DNA from: a virus
Taxonomy: Duplodnaviria > Heunggongvirae > Uroviricota > Caudoviricetes
IMG/VR virus record: IMGVR_UViG_3300045988_093140
Length of the DNA: 38,358 bases
Strand: one strand, 5' to 3'
Part shown: positions 31,201 to 38,358 of the stretch, one piece after another
Layout: every line of letters begins with the position of its first letter
Numbering within the stretch: the stretch's first letter is position 1
Position numbers and translations under genes: made by a program
Notes under the pieces: generated by a model
Told to the model about the DNA's origin: nothing
Seen by the model: only the letters and a program-made list of their open reading frames with translations
Databases searched by the model: none

Positions 31201-32206
31201 TGAAGAAGGCACGCTGAAATTCTATTTCGATGGTGCTCGAGACAAAGTTCGCCGCTATGAAACAATGCTTTTAGATGAGGTAACAGCTCGTCGTTACGAC
31301 CGGGAAGAAGCAGCCATCAATTTTACCTACGCATACCGTCAGGCGGGACAGTGGCAATATTTTGTAGTGACCGCGATGACTCGCGAGCAGGCTGATGATG
31401 TCTTTAAAACTAAATTCCCTGGAATAATCGACTACAAGGTAAAAGCTACTCCTACTGTTGAAGTCGGGGCGCGCGGTTTCTATGCGCTTAAATCAGCAAC
31501 TCTCCGGCAGTACTTTATCGACTGCGGTATCAACCCTGAGACTATGACCGGCGAGGCGACTCAGGAGCGTCTCAAATTCGCTCGAGATAACCTCATGACA
31601 GCCGAACGCCGTGACCTGTTGAATAACGTTCTGCACATTGGTGGTTTTATGACGCCAAAAGGGAAGCCTAAAGTGCCGGAAGCGTTGTTTAAAAACATTT
31701 GCGACTCTCTTGGCCTTAAAACAGGTAAACGTCGTGGCAGAGACGGCGATAAGCGTCCAACCTTGCGTTTTGTTGAGCCTGAATCAGCGGCATTTATGCT
31801 GGATATTCTTGCTCAGCGTCAGAAAGATGGCCTAACCCTGAAAACGCGCAAAGCCGAGAAGACCGCCATCGAAATGGATCGCGATTTGGATCTCAATATA
31901 TATATGGATGATAAAACGCGATCCACAAATGAGCAGGTTCAAAACGCCCCTCATTCAGTAATTTCTGAGGCTTTGGCAGTGTTGCCGGTGGCTGTACCTG
32001 AGTCCTGGGCTATGAGTGCGCTTTCCTGTGAGGAGCTGGCCACTATGTCATCATGGTCATCAGCCAGCATAGCTATGACGTTTGCATCTCTGTACCTAAC
32101 AGAGTTCATGGATCACTTGTCCAGTAATGAACTGCGGCGGTTACGTGAATATATTACCGGGAATAGCCCATGCAGCTACGAAGAGCAGGGCGCTTTCTAT
32201 GGGTAA
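28211..32206 (+). CDS. repA: Multifunctional replication protein, primase (Toprim) plus P-loop helicase; N15 RepA-like
   Basis: 1331 aa; Toprim motifs VTEGFATGASIW and CALDNDRKS; Walker A GMGSGKST and Walker B FGFDEAT. Confidence 0.8.
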   Translation: MTLNDFYADRFGSDPFSLIEAARDELTELAQMAGINWPACSDNIQLNPRGGVERYSSYNKTSPEALEKSLKGRVEIYSRLEHSKGIDYPFINFVHKGSDAGSWSGFSFLFSEYRREQQRNNATVVAQPEEERERIERQAEARRRREEQKRINDLKNNQMDHERLLGWLAFHSAWEHAQAEDGSWPYAIKKGIRDVFSSCDVRRVTSHDSAKWSRGPTTYMAIPLAHLDGRYDGRIVGWQRIDKQGGKYQTSAVTSGDFVGACFVIGELKGAQNIAVTEGFATGASIWLATKKDKRFDAVVVAVSANNMVHVVEQLVNMYPAAKITCALDNDRKSATEGKGNTGLRTGYEILSKFNDVRCVYPTFEDDPQMECSDFNDLHKLRGLRETARQLFATANRLKTGTDLLSLTLNRLKTIKRDNRRTFAKELLRAVDIGMLTCPVPNSPSDLFNMFCIVLREMGLENIYRATVKDHIARRLNKKCRIAQAPRSFSERITDPNKRPQHITYKRFDTSVMTDDVLKYVQSLQGIVIVRAGMGSGKSTGLLRPLMHSSERGISVAHRVSLIGGLWEMMTEGKGVKADILHYQDPGYQEMAPYASKLTICINSIVKNCWQPLMRQHDYFGFDEATQGLRAVLSGRAMENPVAVFNTLIDALARTEQHPIMVDADANDLLVDLAELAMKRREELGLPAWLQIHVIELPVDVRNRETGEPIRVFYTEKDRIMTEVVKAVSDGEKIMLATDSSTFAEDVTATLRMHFPGKKFLCVNQKNKPEPEVEAFTNQPKKMVKKYDGLIYSPSISSGVSIEQKHFDRHFGMFCGEVVPSDAVQMLRRDRTAKEFIIGFDKARAKRETDPQKIERAFAQALLATAGMNGELTDVVFDGDRISMGVANTDFTRMKIKAAAIEASARNDYASNMICIMHSDGYKVSPLATDYAANDIGKDLRKEARDIVWEQTLDLHLNTETPQESEREELLKKRALTLEEQAKLVRWDIENELKLPVEEGTLKFYFDGARDKVRRYETMLLDEVTARRYDREEAAINFTYAYRQAGQWQYFVVTAMTREQADDVFKTKFPGIIDYKVKATPTVEVGARGFYALKSATLRQYFIDCGINPETMTGEATQERLKFARDNLMTAERRDLLNNVLHIGGFMTPKGKPKVPEALFKNICDSLGLKTGKRRGRDGDKRPTLRFVEPESAAFMLDILAQRQKDGLTLKTRKAEKTAIEMDRDLDLNIYMDDKTRSTNEQVQNAPHSVISEALAVLPVAVPESWAMSALSCEELATMSSWSSASIAMTFASLYLTEFMDHLSSNELRRLREYITGNSPCSYEEQGAFYG
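28572..28589. repeat. sopC-like palindrome, copy 6 (one outer mismatch), inside repA coding sequence
   Basis: aTGCGACCGTGGTCGCAC; encodes ATVVAQ in RepA. Confidence 0.55.
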
Positions 32207-32264
32207 TCAGTGGATATTATCGTATGTGGAAATCGTGATTTTTCGGTGAACGGGGAGTAAAAAT

Positions 32265-32594
32265 ATGTCTACTACTGCATTTTTGGACAAACTTGATTAC
32301 CGTCAGCTGAAGTTCTGCCGGGATGAATGCGATCGACGCATTAAGGCTATTCAGGAAGAAGAGAAGAAAGTTGCCTGGGAGATCACTGATGGTGGGATTA
32401 ATTTGGGTTGGTTCAGGACAGAAAACTACGTGAAAGCGGCTGAGCGTTTAGCTTCTTTAGCTTCTGAATTGTGGGAGGAGGAGCCAGATAAGGAACACCC
32501 ATCTACCCATTTGGGGCTTAATCTGGCAATTGAGGGGCATCATTTACCATTATCAGAGTATAACGCTTTGTTTGCTGATGGTGAGTGGGGTTAA
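32265..32594 (+). CDS. Hypothetical protein
   Basis: 109 aa ORF, ATG preceded by GGGGAG. Confidence 0.5.
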   Translation: MSTTAFLDKLDYRQLKFCRDECDRRIKAIQEEEKKVAWEITDGGINLGWFRTENYVKAAERLASLASELWEEEPDKEHPSTHLGLNLAIEGHHLPLSEYNALFADGEWG

Positions 32595-32596
32595 AA

Positions 32597-32992
32597 ATGG
32601 CTGTTCAATCATACAAATACGAATCCCCTTTGGATAAGGGATACATTCGTATCAAGTTAAGTCGTTCTCAGCATAAGGCTATTTTTAAGGTAAGGAAAAT
32701 TCGCATATTGGATGCGTATGCGTATTACTACAACGGTGAAAATGTTGTTGTTGAACACTTTCTTGCACGATGGTTTGTAGCTCTGATTTTTGTCCCTCTC
32801 CTGTTAATTGGTACTTTTGTGGATGGTTTTCCTAGTACATGGCGGGAGATAAAGAAAGGCCTATTCCCGCGTAAGTACGGCAGATTTTCGCAAGATAGCT
32901 GGCGAGTTATACCTGGTAAACATTCTGTAGATGAGCAACCGATTGTTGATTACTGGTTGAAGTATATGGTTGATACTCATAAAGCCGACTAA
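32597..32992 (+). CDS. Hypothetical membrane protein
   Basis: Start at ATG 32597 (MAVQSYKYE...); hydrophobic segment WFVALIFVPLLLIGTFV. Confidence 0.5.
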   Translation: MAVQSYKYESPLDKGYIRIKLSRSQHKAIFKVRKIRILDAYAYYYNGENVVVEHFLARWFVALIFVPLLLIGTFVDGFPSTWREIKKGLFPRKYGRFSQDSWRVIPGKHSVDEQPIVDYWLKYMVDTHKAD

Positions 32993-33119
32993 GTGCGCGG
33001 CATATTAAATGTTTATATATTGTTAATTTTACTTCACATTAAGCACACACTGTATTGATATACTCATACAATATGAAGGCTAAATATGTATGTTTTGCTT
33101 TTAAGGTGATGGAGATTTT

Positions 33120-33476
33120 ATGAAAGTAATTAGCATAAAAATCATTTTGATTTTATCAATTATTGCTCTTGCTATTGTATTTTTCTGGCCTGAATCTAAT
33201 AAAGGCCCAGAGTGCTATAAGGTTAGTGATGAACAGGCAAGAGAATTTGTAAAAAATGACTTTTTGAAAAAAATAACGCGTTGGAATAACGATGTACAAC
33301 TTCTCGGTACAGAAGCCCCAAAAATTACGTGGGAAAAGATTGAAAGAAGCTTAACAGATGTTAAAGATGAAAAAACGCTTCTCGTCCCATTTAAAGCCGA
33401 AGGCCCGGAAGGTAAGAGAATGTATTATGGAATGTACCATTGCAAGGAAGGTTATGTTGAATATGCAAATGATTGA
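33120..33476 (+). CDS. cmi: Colicin M immunity protein
   Basis: 118 aa, N-terminal TM anchor, recognised as Cmi from the translation; convergent with cma. Confidence 0.85.
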   Translation: MKVISIKIILILSIIALAIVFFWPESNKGPECYKVSDEQAREFVKNDFLKKITRWNNDVQLLGTEAPKITWEKIERSLTDVKDEKTLLVPFKAEGPEGKRMYYGMYHCKEGYVEYAND

Positions 33477-33498
33477 TACATCGGTATAAAGACTGCAT

Positions 33499-33526
33499 AA
33501 AAAAGGCCGGAATCCCGGCCTTTTTA
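33499..33526. terminator. Bidirectional rho-independent terminator between convergent cmi and cma
   Basis: AAAAAA-GGCCGG-aatc-CCGGCC-TTTTT. Confidence 0.65.
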
Positions 33527-34342
33527 TTATCGCTTGCCACTTTCTTTAATGTGAATTTCGCCAGGAAGTAGTATCTGATACTCTTTACCAGAGAACATCG
33601 CCCCGAGCCTTGTAAGAGACTCTCCGATTACGCCACGATGAGTGCTGGCATTGAAGTCATACTTGTCGTTATACGAGCGAACAACGCCATTATAGGTCCA
33701 TGAGCCATTAGCGGAGACAGTTAAAGTACCTTCTGTTTTCAGCGTGATATTACCAAGATATGCGCCGGTAATAACATTATAATCGCCAGTGGCGTGTGTG
33801 AATTTTGTAGAAATAGGGAATGTGCCTACTACACCAGATTTTACAATATCTCTTATCTGATTAATTTTCATCGGAGAAATTTTGAGACCAATATTTGCGA
33901 TATTAACGCTTCGGTCTGCACCATTACCCCATAAATAGTGTGCAAGCGCCACAATTGGTGTTGTGACATTACCGCTCATTTGTTTCATATTCATTGAGCG
34001 ATAGTCATATTTATTTGGCGCAGGTTTAGCTAAGTGGTAGGCGTCATAAACACTTATTCCGCGGTGAAGGATAAGGTTTCTGTCAGCGTTACAGAAGTAG
34101 GCAATATTTGTTGACATAATTTGTAATGTCAGGGGATCGCTGGCACCGTGTTTTTTGATGTAGTCCTCAAGCTGAGTTAGAGCCTGAATACACATGTTTG
34201 GGCTCTGGAAAAAGCTGTAAACCACCTGGACTAAAAGGGGGCCAGAACCAGGCACGTGTGGTGCTGAGAGAGAAAATGCGCCATTACCATAACTCGGTAA
34301 GTTAGTTGATGGTGATGGAGCTGTCACAACGATAGTATCCAT
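33527..34342 (-). CDS. cma: Colicin M (lipid II-cleaving bacteriocin)
   Basis: 271 aa; recognised as colicin M along the whole length, including N-terminal TonB-box-like DTIVV and the C-terminal region with HATGDYNVITGAY. Confidence 0.85.
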   Translation of the reverse strand: MDTIVVTAPSPSTNLPSYGNGAFSLSAPHVPGSGPLLVQVVYSFFQSPNMCIQALTQLEDYIKKHGASDPLTLQIMSTNIAYFCNADRNLILHRGISVYDAYHLAKPAPNKYDYRSMNMKQMSGNVTTPIVALAHYLWGNGADRSVNIANIGLKISPMKINQIRDIVKSGVVGTFPISTKFTHATGDYNVITGAYLGNITLKTEGTLTVSANGSWTYNGVVRSYNDKYDFNASTHRGVIGESLTRLGAMFSGKEYQILLPGEIHIKESGKR

Positions 34343-34403
34343 ATCAAAAACCCTTATAAGTTAATGAAATAACAGACATACAGGTTTAATCGCTGCATAA
34401 ACA

Positions 34404-34419
34404 CTGTGTTTTTATACAG
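34404..34419. promoter_or_regulatory. LexA (SOS) box upstream of cma
   Basis: CTGTGTTTTTATACAG fits CTGT-N8-ACAG, 62-77 bp upstream of the cma start and overlapping a plausible promoter. Confidence 0.55.
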
Positions 34420-34554
34420 CAAAATCAGGATAGCCCGAGCCGCCCCATTAGTAAAGTAAAGTGTAAATAACATTTATATTTTAATGTAATAAAAATGCTA
34501 CGTTTTGTTGTATATTATTCTAATGGTAGTTCAGGCGGGGCCGACTTCGGTCGG

Positions 34555-34606
34555 GCCGGTTTCTCCGTTTACCGGTATTGCGAACCCTGCCTGGGCTATC
34601 ACCATA
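34555..34606 (+). repeat. c4-like repeat, copy 1, upstream of icd/ant (candidate antisense-RNA or target element)
   Basis: gccggtttctccgtttaccggtattgcgaaccctgcctgggctatcaccata, preceded by hairpin CCGAC-TTCG-GTCGG. Confidence 0.35.
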
Positions 34607-34867
34607 ATATCGTTTATCTTCTAATCATTTGTTTAAGCAAACTATAAAAACACCTATCCCCGTGACTGGTCACAGGGTAAAATGTCTTTGCAAATTATTG
34701 ACGTGTGCGTCGTTTTGACGGTAAAGTTATTCCGCTGCGGTAAATCCCGTAGCCGGGCGTAGGAACCCGAGTAAATGAAGCGCACAACACGCGCCAGCGT
34801 GTTTTTTTGTGTGTAAAATCTGCGTACACCAAATTTATGGTGGCTCAGATGGGGCAGCTTTTAGCTG

Positions 34868-34920
34868 GCCGGTTTCTTCGTTTACCGGTATTCCTACCCC
34901 CGTCTGGGCTACCGCCATAT
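34868..34920 (+). repeat. c4-like repeat, copy 2
   Basis: gccggtttcttcgtttaccggtattcctacccccgtctgggctaccgccatat; 5' 25 nt identical to copy 1 except one base. Confidence 0.35.
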
Positions 34921-34971
34921 AGAGCGTAGGAACTCTGGTGGTAGCACGACCAATTAAACGGAGTGCATACC

Positions 34972-35136
34972 ATGTTCAAATTCAAATTTGCGGCAGTCGT
35001 TCGCACAGACAAAAAGTCCCACATTCATCATCTTTCCACCATCGCGTCATCTGAACGGGAAGCTCGTCGCCAGTTCGCCAGCCGGTTTGTCCTGGTATTG
35101 TCTGCCCGTATTCCGGTGCGCGAGGTGGCAGTATGA
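34972..35136 (+). CDS. Icd-like small protein (host cell-division inhibitor family); not in the ORF track
   Basis: 54 codons, GGAG RBS; MFKFKFAAVVRTDKKSHIHHLSTIASSEREARRQFASRFVLVLSARIPVREVAV; stop overlaps the next start (ATGA). Confidence 0.55.
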   Translation: MFKFKFAAVVRTDKKSHIHHLSTIASSEREARRQFASRFVLVLSARIPVREVAV

Positions 35137-35363
35137 ATCAGGTAAAAATGAACACTGTTGGCCTGCTGGAATCGTTGGATGAACGTCTGGCTCAGGTCTA
35201 TGCGCTCGTATCATCAGCCCATCGGACAGTATCCAGCTGTGAGGCGTCGATTTATCTATCAGAAGCCGGGAAGCTTCTTCAAATCGCGTGTGAGTTAACT
35301 CATGAAGCACAGGGGTATTCCGCGTCGCTCTCGTCGCAATTGCTGGGTAAGGAGGCTGAATGA
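35133..35363 (+). CDS. Hypothetical small protein in the icd/ant operon
   Basis: 76 aa, start and stop overlap neighbours. Confidence 0.5.
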   Translation: MNQVKMNTVGLLESLDERLAQVYALVSSAHRTVSSCEASIYLSEAGKLLQIACELTHEAQGYSASLSSQLLGKEAE

Positions 35364-36136
35364 GCGCGTTAGCAGTCTTTTCCTTTCAGGAAGAGCATCA
35401 GGTTCGTGTAGTGATGATTAACGGCGAACCGTGGTTTGTTGCATCTGATGTGTGTATGGCGGCGGGTATTGATTCTACGGCCACCAGAAAGTTGGATGAG
35501 GACGAAAAGGGTCTGCATTTAATGCAGACCCCTGGTGGATACCAGAATGTTTCAATCATCAACGAGTCAGGTCTATACACCCTGATCCTCCGCTGCCGTG
35601 ACGCTGTTAAACCGGGCACGATTGCATGGCGGTTTCGTAAATGGGTAACGAACGAGGTCCTGCCCTCTATTCGCAAGAATGGAGAGTACGTTTACGTCGA
35701 GCCTGAGCCAATGCGAGCAGCAGAGCCGTTGAACTGGAGGCAGAAGGAGTATCTGCGAGGGCTGATTAACGATATTGCACAAAGTTTTCAGTATCGAAAT
35801 GCCTGGATTAGCGGTGTATGGTTGGCTTTGCGTCGGGCGTGTCGTAATCCATCCCCGAACCCCATAACGGTTGATGATTTACCAGCAATTACGGCAGAAC
35901 TGCGCCGGATTTTAACGGCTGCTGAGTCGGCATTGGGGAACATGCGCACGTATGAACGAGAGTTGTTGCGTGATGTTGTTCGTGGGGGTAGGCGGAGTAT
36001 GTCGTGTGGTGATTTGCCCATCACCGATATTAACTCTGATCTGGAAAAGGCGTTACCCGCGCATTTTGAACTGGCAGTTCAAAAACTTGAGCAGTTATCC
36101 GCGCAGCTAAAGCCAGCAGAAATCACCAATAAATAG
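35360..36136 (+). CDS. Antirepressor, Bro-N/KilA-N domain
   Basis: 258 aa; N-terminal Bro-N-like FQEEHQVRVVMINGEPWFVASDVCMAAGI. Confidence 0.75.
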   Translation: MSALAVFSFQEEHQVRVVMINGEPWFVASDVCMAAGIDSTATRKLDEDEKGLHLMQTPGGYQNVSIINESGLYTLILRCRDAVKPGTIAWRFRKWVTNEVLPSIRKNGEYVYVEPEPMRAAEPLNWRQKEYLRGLINDIAQSFQYRNAWISGVWLALRRACRNPSPNPITVDDLPAITAELRRILTAAESALGNMRTYERELLRDVVRGGRRSMSCGDLPITDINSDLEKALPAHFELAVQKLEQLSAQLKPAEITNK

Positions 36137-36307
36137 GGTTGGCCAGCCCGAATTTATGCCCTTCTCAGAGAAGGGAAGCTTCGCAGTCGGGGCGGTGATG
36201 TCTGTGGTTGCAGCCGCGTTTCCTCCGTTACTTCTGCCCTTTGCAGGGGGTGGGCGAGGCAGGCCACACAACAAGGCACCGATAATTCGGTGCCTTTACC
36301 GTATGCT

Positions 36308-38203
36308 TTATCCGAAATATGTCAGCCATGCTAACTGCATTGCTGACATAGGGCTGTTTGCACTGCCGGACCACGCATAATTCTGGCCATTATAATGAAA
36401 CTCAACAACGTATGAGCCATCACCAATATTTCTCACAGGCTTAAATACCGGCTTAGATACAGGTGAAGAAGGCGCTGGCGGTTGCTGTTCTTCTACGCTC
36501 TCTTCCTCTTCCTCTTCCTCTATCTCAATTTCGTCGTCATCCAGATCGTCATCCTCTGATAATTCATCCGTCTGTTCAGGTATTGCTTCCAGCTCTTCTT
36601 CGTCAGGCATAACGATTTCTGGAGTATCTATTTTCAGCTGCCATTGTCCATTTTCGCCAACAAATTGCCCCAGAGCATCAGCAGCAAATTCCAGGTATCG
36701 ACTAATCATTGTTGGGCTAAATTTGAATGCTCTTAGAGTGCTGTTCGTGATTTTTATAGAGGGGTCCTGTTCTACCAGCTGCTTAACTGTGTTATGCAGA
36801 CGAACCCCGGCATCTCCTCTGGCGAATCCAGGCATTTCGTCATCAAGCTGCTGCAATGCTTCCAGCCTGGTATTTTCGTTTCCAGTATTTGGCCTCCATG
36901 TCTTTGAGAAGTTGGCCAGCTTGAATTGTTTATAGTGTAATTGAGTGTTTTCATCGTCATGGCCTAAAATTTCCATAAAGAAAACATCTTCATCTACATT
37001 TTTCCAACGGGGATCTACGCGGAAAAACATTTCATACGCAATACGGGCATAAATAGCACGACTATCTTTATAAACACGGCGATTGTCATTGAAAAATGAT
37101 TTAACCCATGGATTAAAAGCCTTTGCTAATATGGCATTAATACGTCCGTTTTCAGACCGCGTGTCGTTATTTCCGTAACCCATAACGACTTCATCAAAAT
37201 CAGATGCTGCTGGGCATGAGCGAAGTACATTTATTAGATAAACAAACGTTTTTGCTTCGCATAATGTATATATTTTTCTGGTTACATCATCAGTAGTTCT
37301 TTTTTTCGCCTGACCTAAAAAATCAACGGTATACTTACCAGAGACAGTAAATGTACCTTGATACATAATCTCAATCATTCGTCTTCCTGATAATGCGGCA
37401 AGAGCAAATGCCAAAGGAGCCATACCTGAACGAGTGTTTAGATTATTTAATGTAGCAGGGCTATTTATAATATCGTAAATAGCTTGCATATAATTAGGGT
37501 AGTCAATGACTACTACGTTACGTTTCTTATTGTGTAGTACGTCCGCCCATCGTTGCTGGATAGATGCGCGTTCGGCAGGGCTTAGTTTGAGATGATAGAG
37601 AATCTCATGGTTAACCTTTAACTGATTCAACTCCTCAAGCAAGGCTGACCCTTGCTGTAGTAATTTATATAAATAATCGCGCTTATCTTTCCAATTATCG
37701 CCAGTTAAATCAGAAATGGCAAATTGCCATTCTTTATATTTATTTGATAACTTTATTAACTTATTATTATTTTTATTATCACCAATTCTGATATTAGATA
37801 AATCTTCGGACAGATGAATAATTAATTTTAATTTTGCCTGTAAAGATGACATTCTACGGCGAATATCGGCAGCAGGTAGAGAGAGCCATGACAATAGCTC
37901 CTCATTATATAAAGGATATTTTTCAGATAGTCGATGTATATTTTTTTCAAAACTATGATGAAGTTTATCATCAAACCGTTTTCTGGCCCTGCTCATATAG
38001 GAGTTGAATGTGTTGGCTGTAATTCTCTTTTCTAATCCTTTTCCCCTAAACTTTCGCTTATCATTAAATAATGTATTTTTAAATTTTAATGCAACGGCCT
38101 TTATTTTTTTTGTTTTCTCTCCTTGAGGACGGTCAGAGTTATCTATTGACTCAACATCGCTAACAAGTGAGTTTATTAATTCACCGATTTTTACTTTGCT
38201 CAT
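36308..38203 (-). CDS. telN: Protelomerase (telomere resolvase), N15 TelN-like
   Basis: 631 aa, recognised as TelN end to end (MSKVKIGELIN...RKFRGKGLEKRITANTFN...RVYKDSRAIYARIAYEMFF..., acidic C-terminal linker); AGGAGA RBS. Confidence 0.9.
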   Translation of the reverse strand: MSKVKIGELINSLVSDVESIDNSDRPQGEKTKKIKAVALKFKNTLFNDKRKFRGKGLEKRITANTFNSYMSRARKRFDDKLHHSFEKNIHRLSEKYPLYNEELLSWLSLPAADIRRRMSSLQAKLKLIIHLSEDLSNIRIGDNKNNNKLIKLSNKYKEWQFAISDLTGDNWKDKRDYLYKLLQQGSALLEELNQLKVNHEILYHLKLSPAERASIQQRWADVLHNKKRNVVVIDYPNYMQAIYDIINSPATLNNLNTRSGMAPLAFALAALSGRRMIEIMYQGTFTVSGKYTVDFLGQAKKRTTDDVTRKIYTLCEAKTFVYLINVLRSCPAASDFDEVVMGYGNNDTRSENGRINAILAKAFNPWVKSFFNDNRRVYKDSRAIYARIAYEMFFRVDPRWKNVDEDVFFMEILGHDDENTQLHYKQFKLANFSKTWRPNTGNENTRLEALQQLDDEMPGFARGDAGVRLHNTVKQLVEQDPSIKITNSTLRAFKFSPTMISRYLEFAADALGQFVGENGQWQLKIDTPEIVMPDEEELEAIPEQTDELSEDDDLDDDEIEIEEEEEEESVEEQQPPAPSSPVSKPVFKPVRNIGDGSYVVEFHYNGQNYAWSGSANSPMSAMQLAWLTYFG

Positions 38204-38309
38204 CTTTCTTCTCCTGATTATCTGCTCAGATTATCGTAACACAATTTAAGAATAAAATAACCAATACCTAGTTAACTTACTCACAAAGTATCAGAACACA
38301 ATATCAGAC

Positions 38310-38358
38310 CTGTCTCTTATACACATCTCCGAGCCCACGAGACTCGACGTCATCTCGT
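38310..38358. other. Untrimmed Illumina Nextera (Tn5) adapter, not biological sequence
   Basis: CTGTCTCTTATACACATCTCCGAGCCCACGAGAC followed by index-like bases. Confidence 0.85.

Noticed and set aside
36272-36297. Hairpin AAGGCACCG-ataatt-CGGTGCCTT between ant and telN as a terminator
   Set aside because: No U-tract on either strand; kept only as a possible weak bidirectional stop, not listed as a feature.
36318-36350. Palindrome tatgtcagc-N15-gctgacata at the telN 3' end as a telomere resolution site
   Set aside because: Arms are separated by a 15-nt non-palindromic spacer and lie inside coding sequence; telomere sites are long perfect palindromes.

Overview
The window reads as one arm of an N15-like phage-plasmid with lambda-type structural genes. 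From 1 to 15864 (minus strand) there is a colinear lambda morphogenesis block: J (5' part, truncated at the window edge), I, K, L, M, H, T, G, V, U, Z, FII, FI, E, D, C/Nu3, B, W, A and Nu1, followed by a cos site near 16001-16080. The rest is accessory and early DNA: an AT-rich two-gene cassette of unknown function bracketed by 68-bp direct repeats (16168-18032), a phage-21-type lysis cassette (pinholin-like S, SAR endolysin R, Rz/Rz1), an orphan DPPY DNA methyltransferase, a toxin-first RelE/HigB-like toxin-antitoxin pair, a block of small early genes (Ea22-like, DEDD exonuclease, zinc-finger proteins), a divergent cro-like/CI-like immunity switch, a 1331-aa Toprim plus P-loop RepA-like replication protein, a colicin M (cma) and immunity (cmi) pair with a LexA box, an icd/antirepressor operon preceded by c4-like repeats, and a TelN-type protelomerase. 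Six copies of an 18-bp palindrome with the F sopC core are scattered over 16.1-28.6 kb. No integrase or attachment site is present. The last 49 bases are an untrimmed Nextera adapter. All assignments rest on reading the translations and recalled family knowledge; no database search was run. The strongest candidate for an undescribed system is the AT-rich cassette at 16363-17798.
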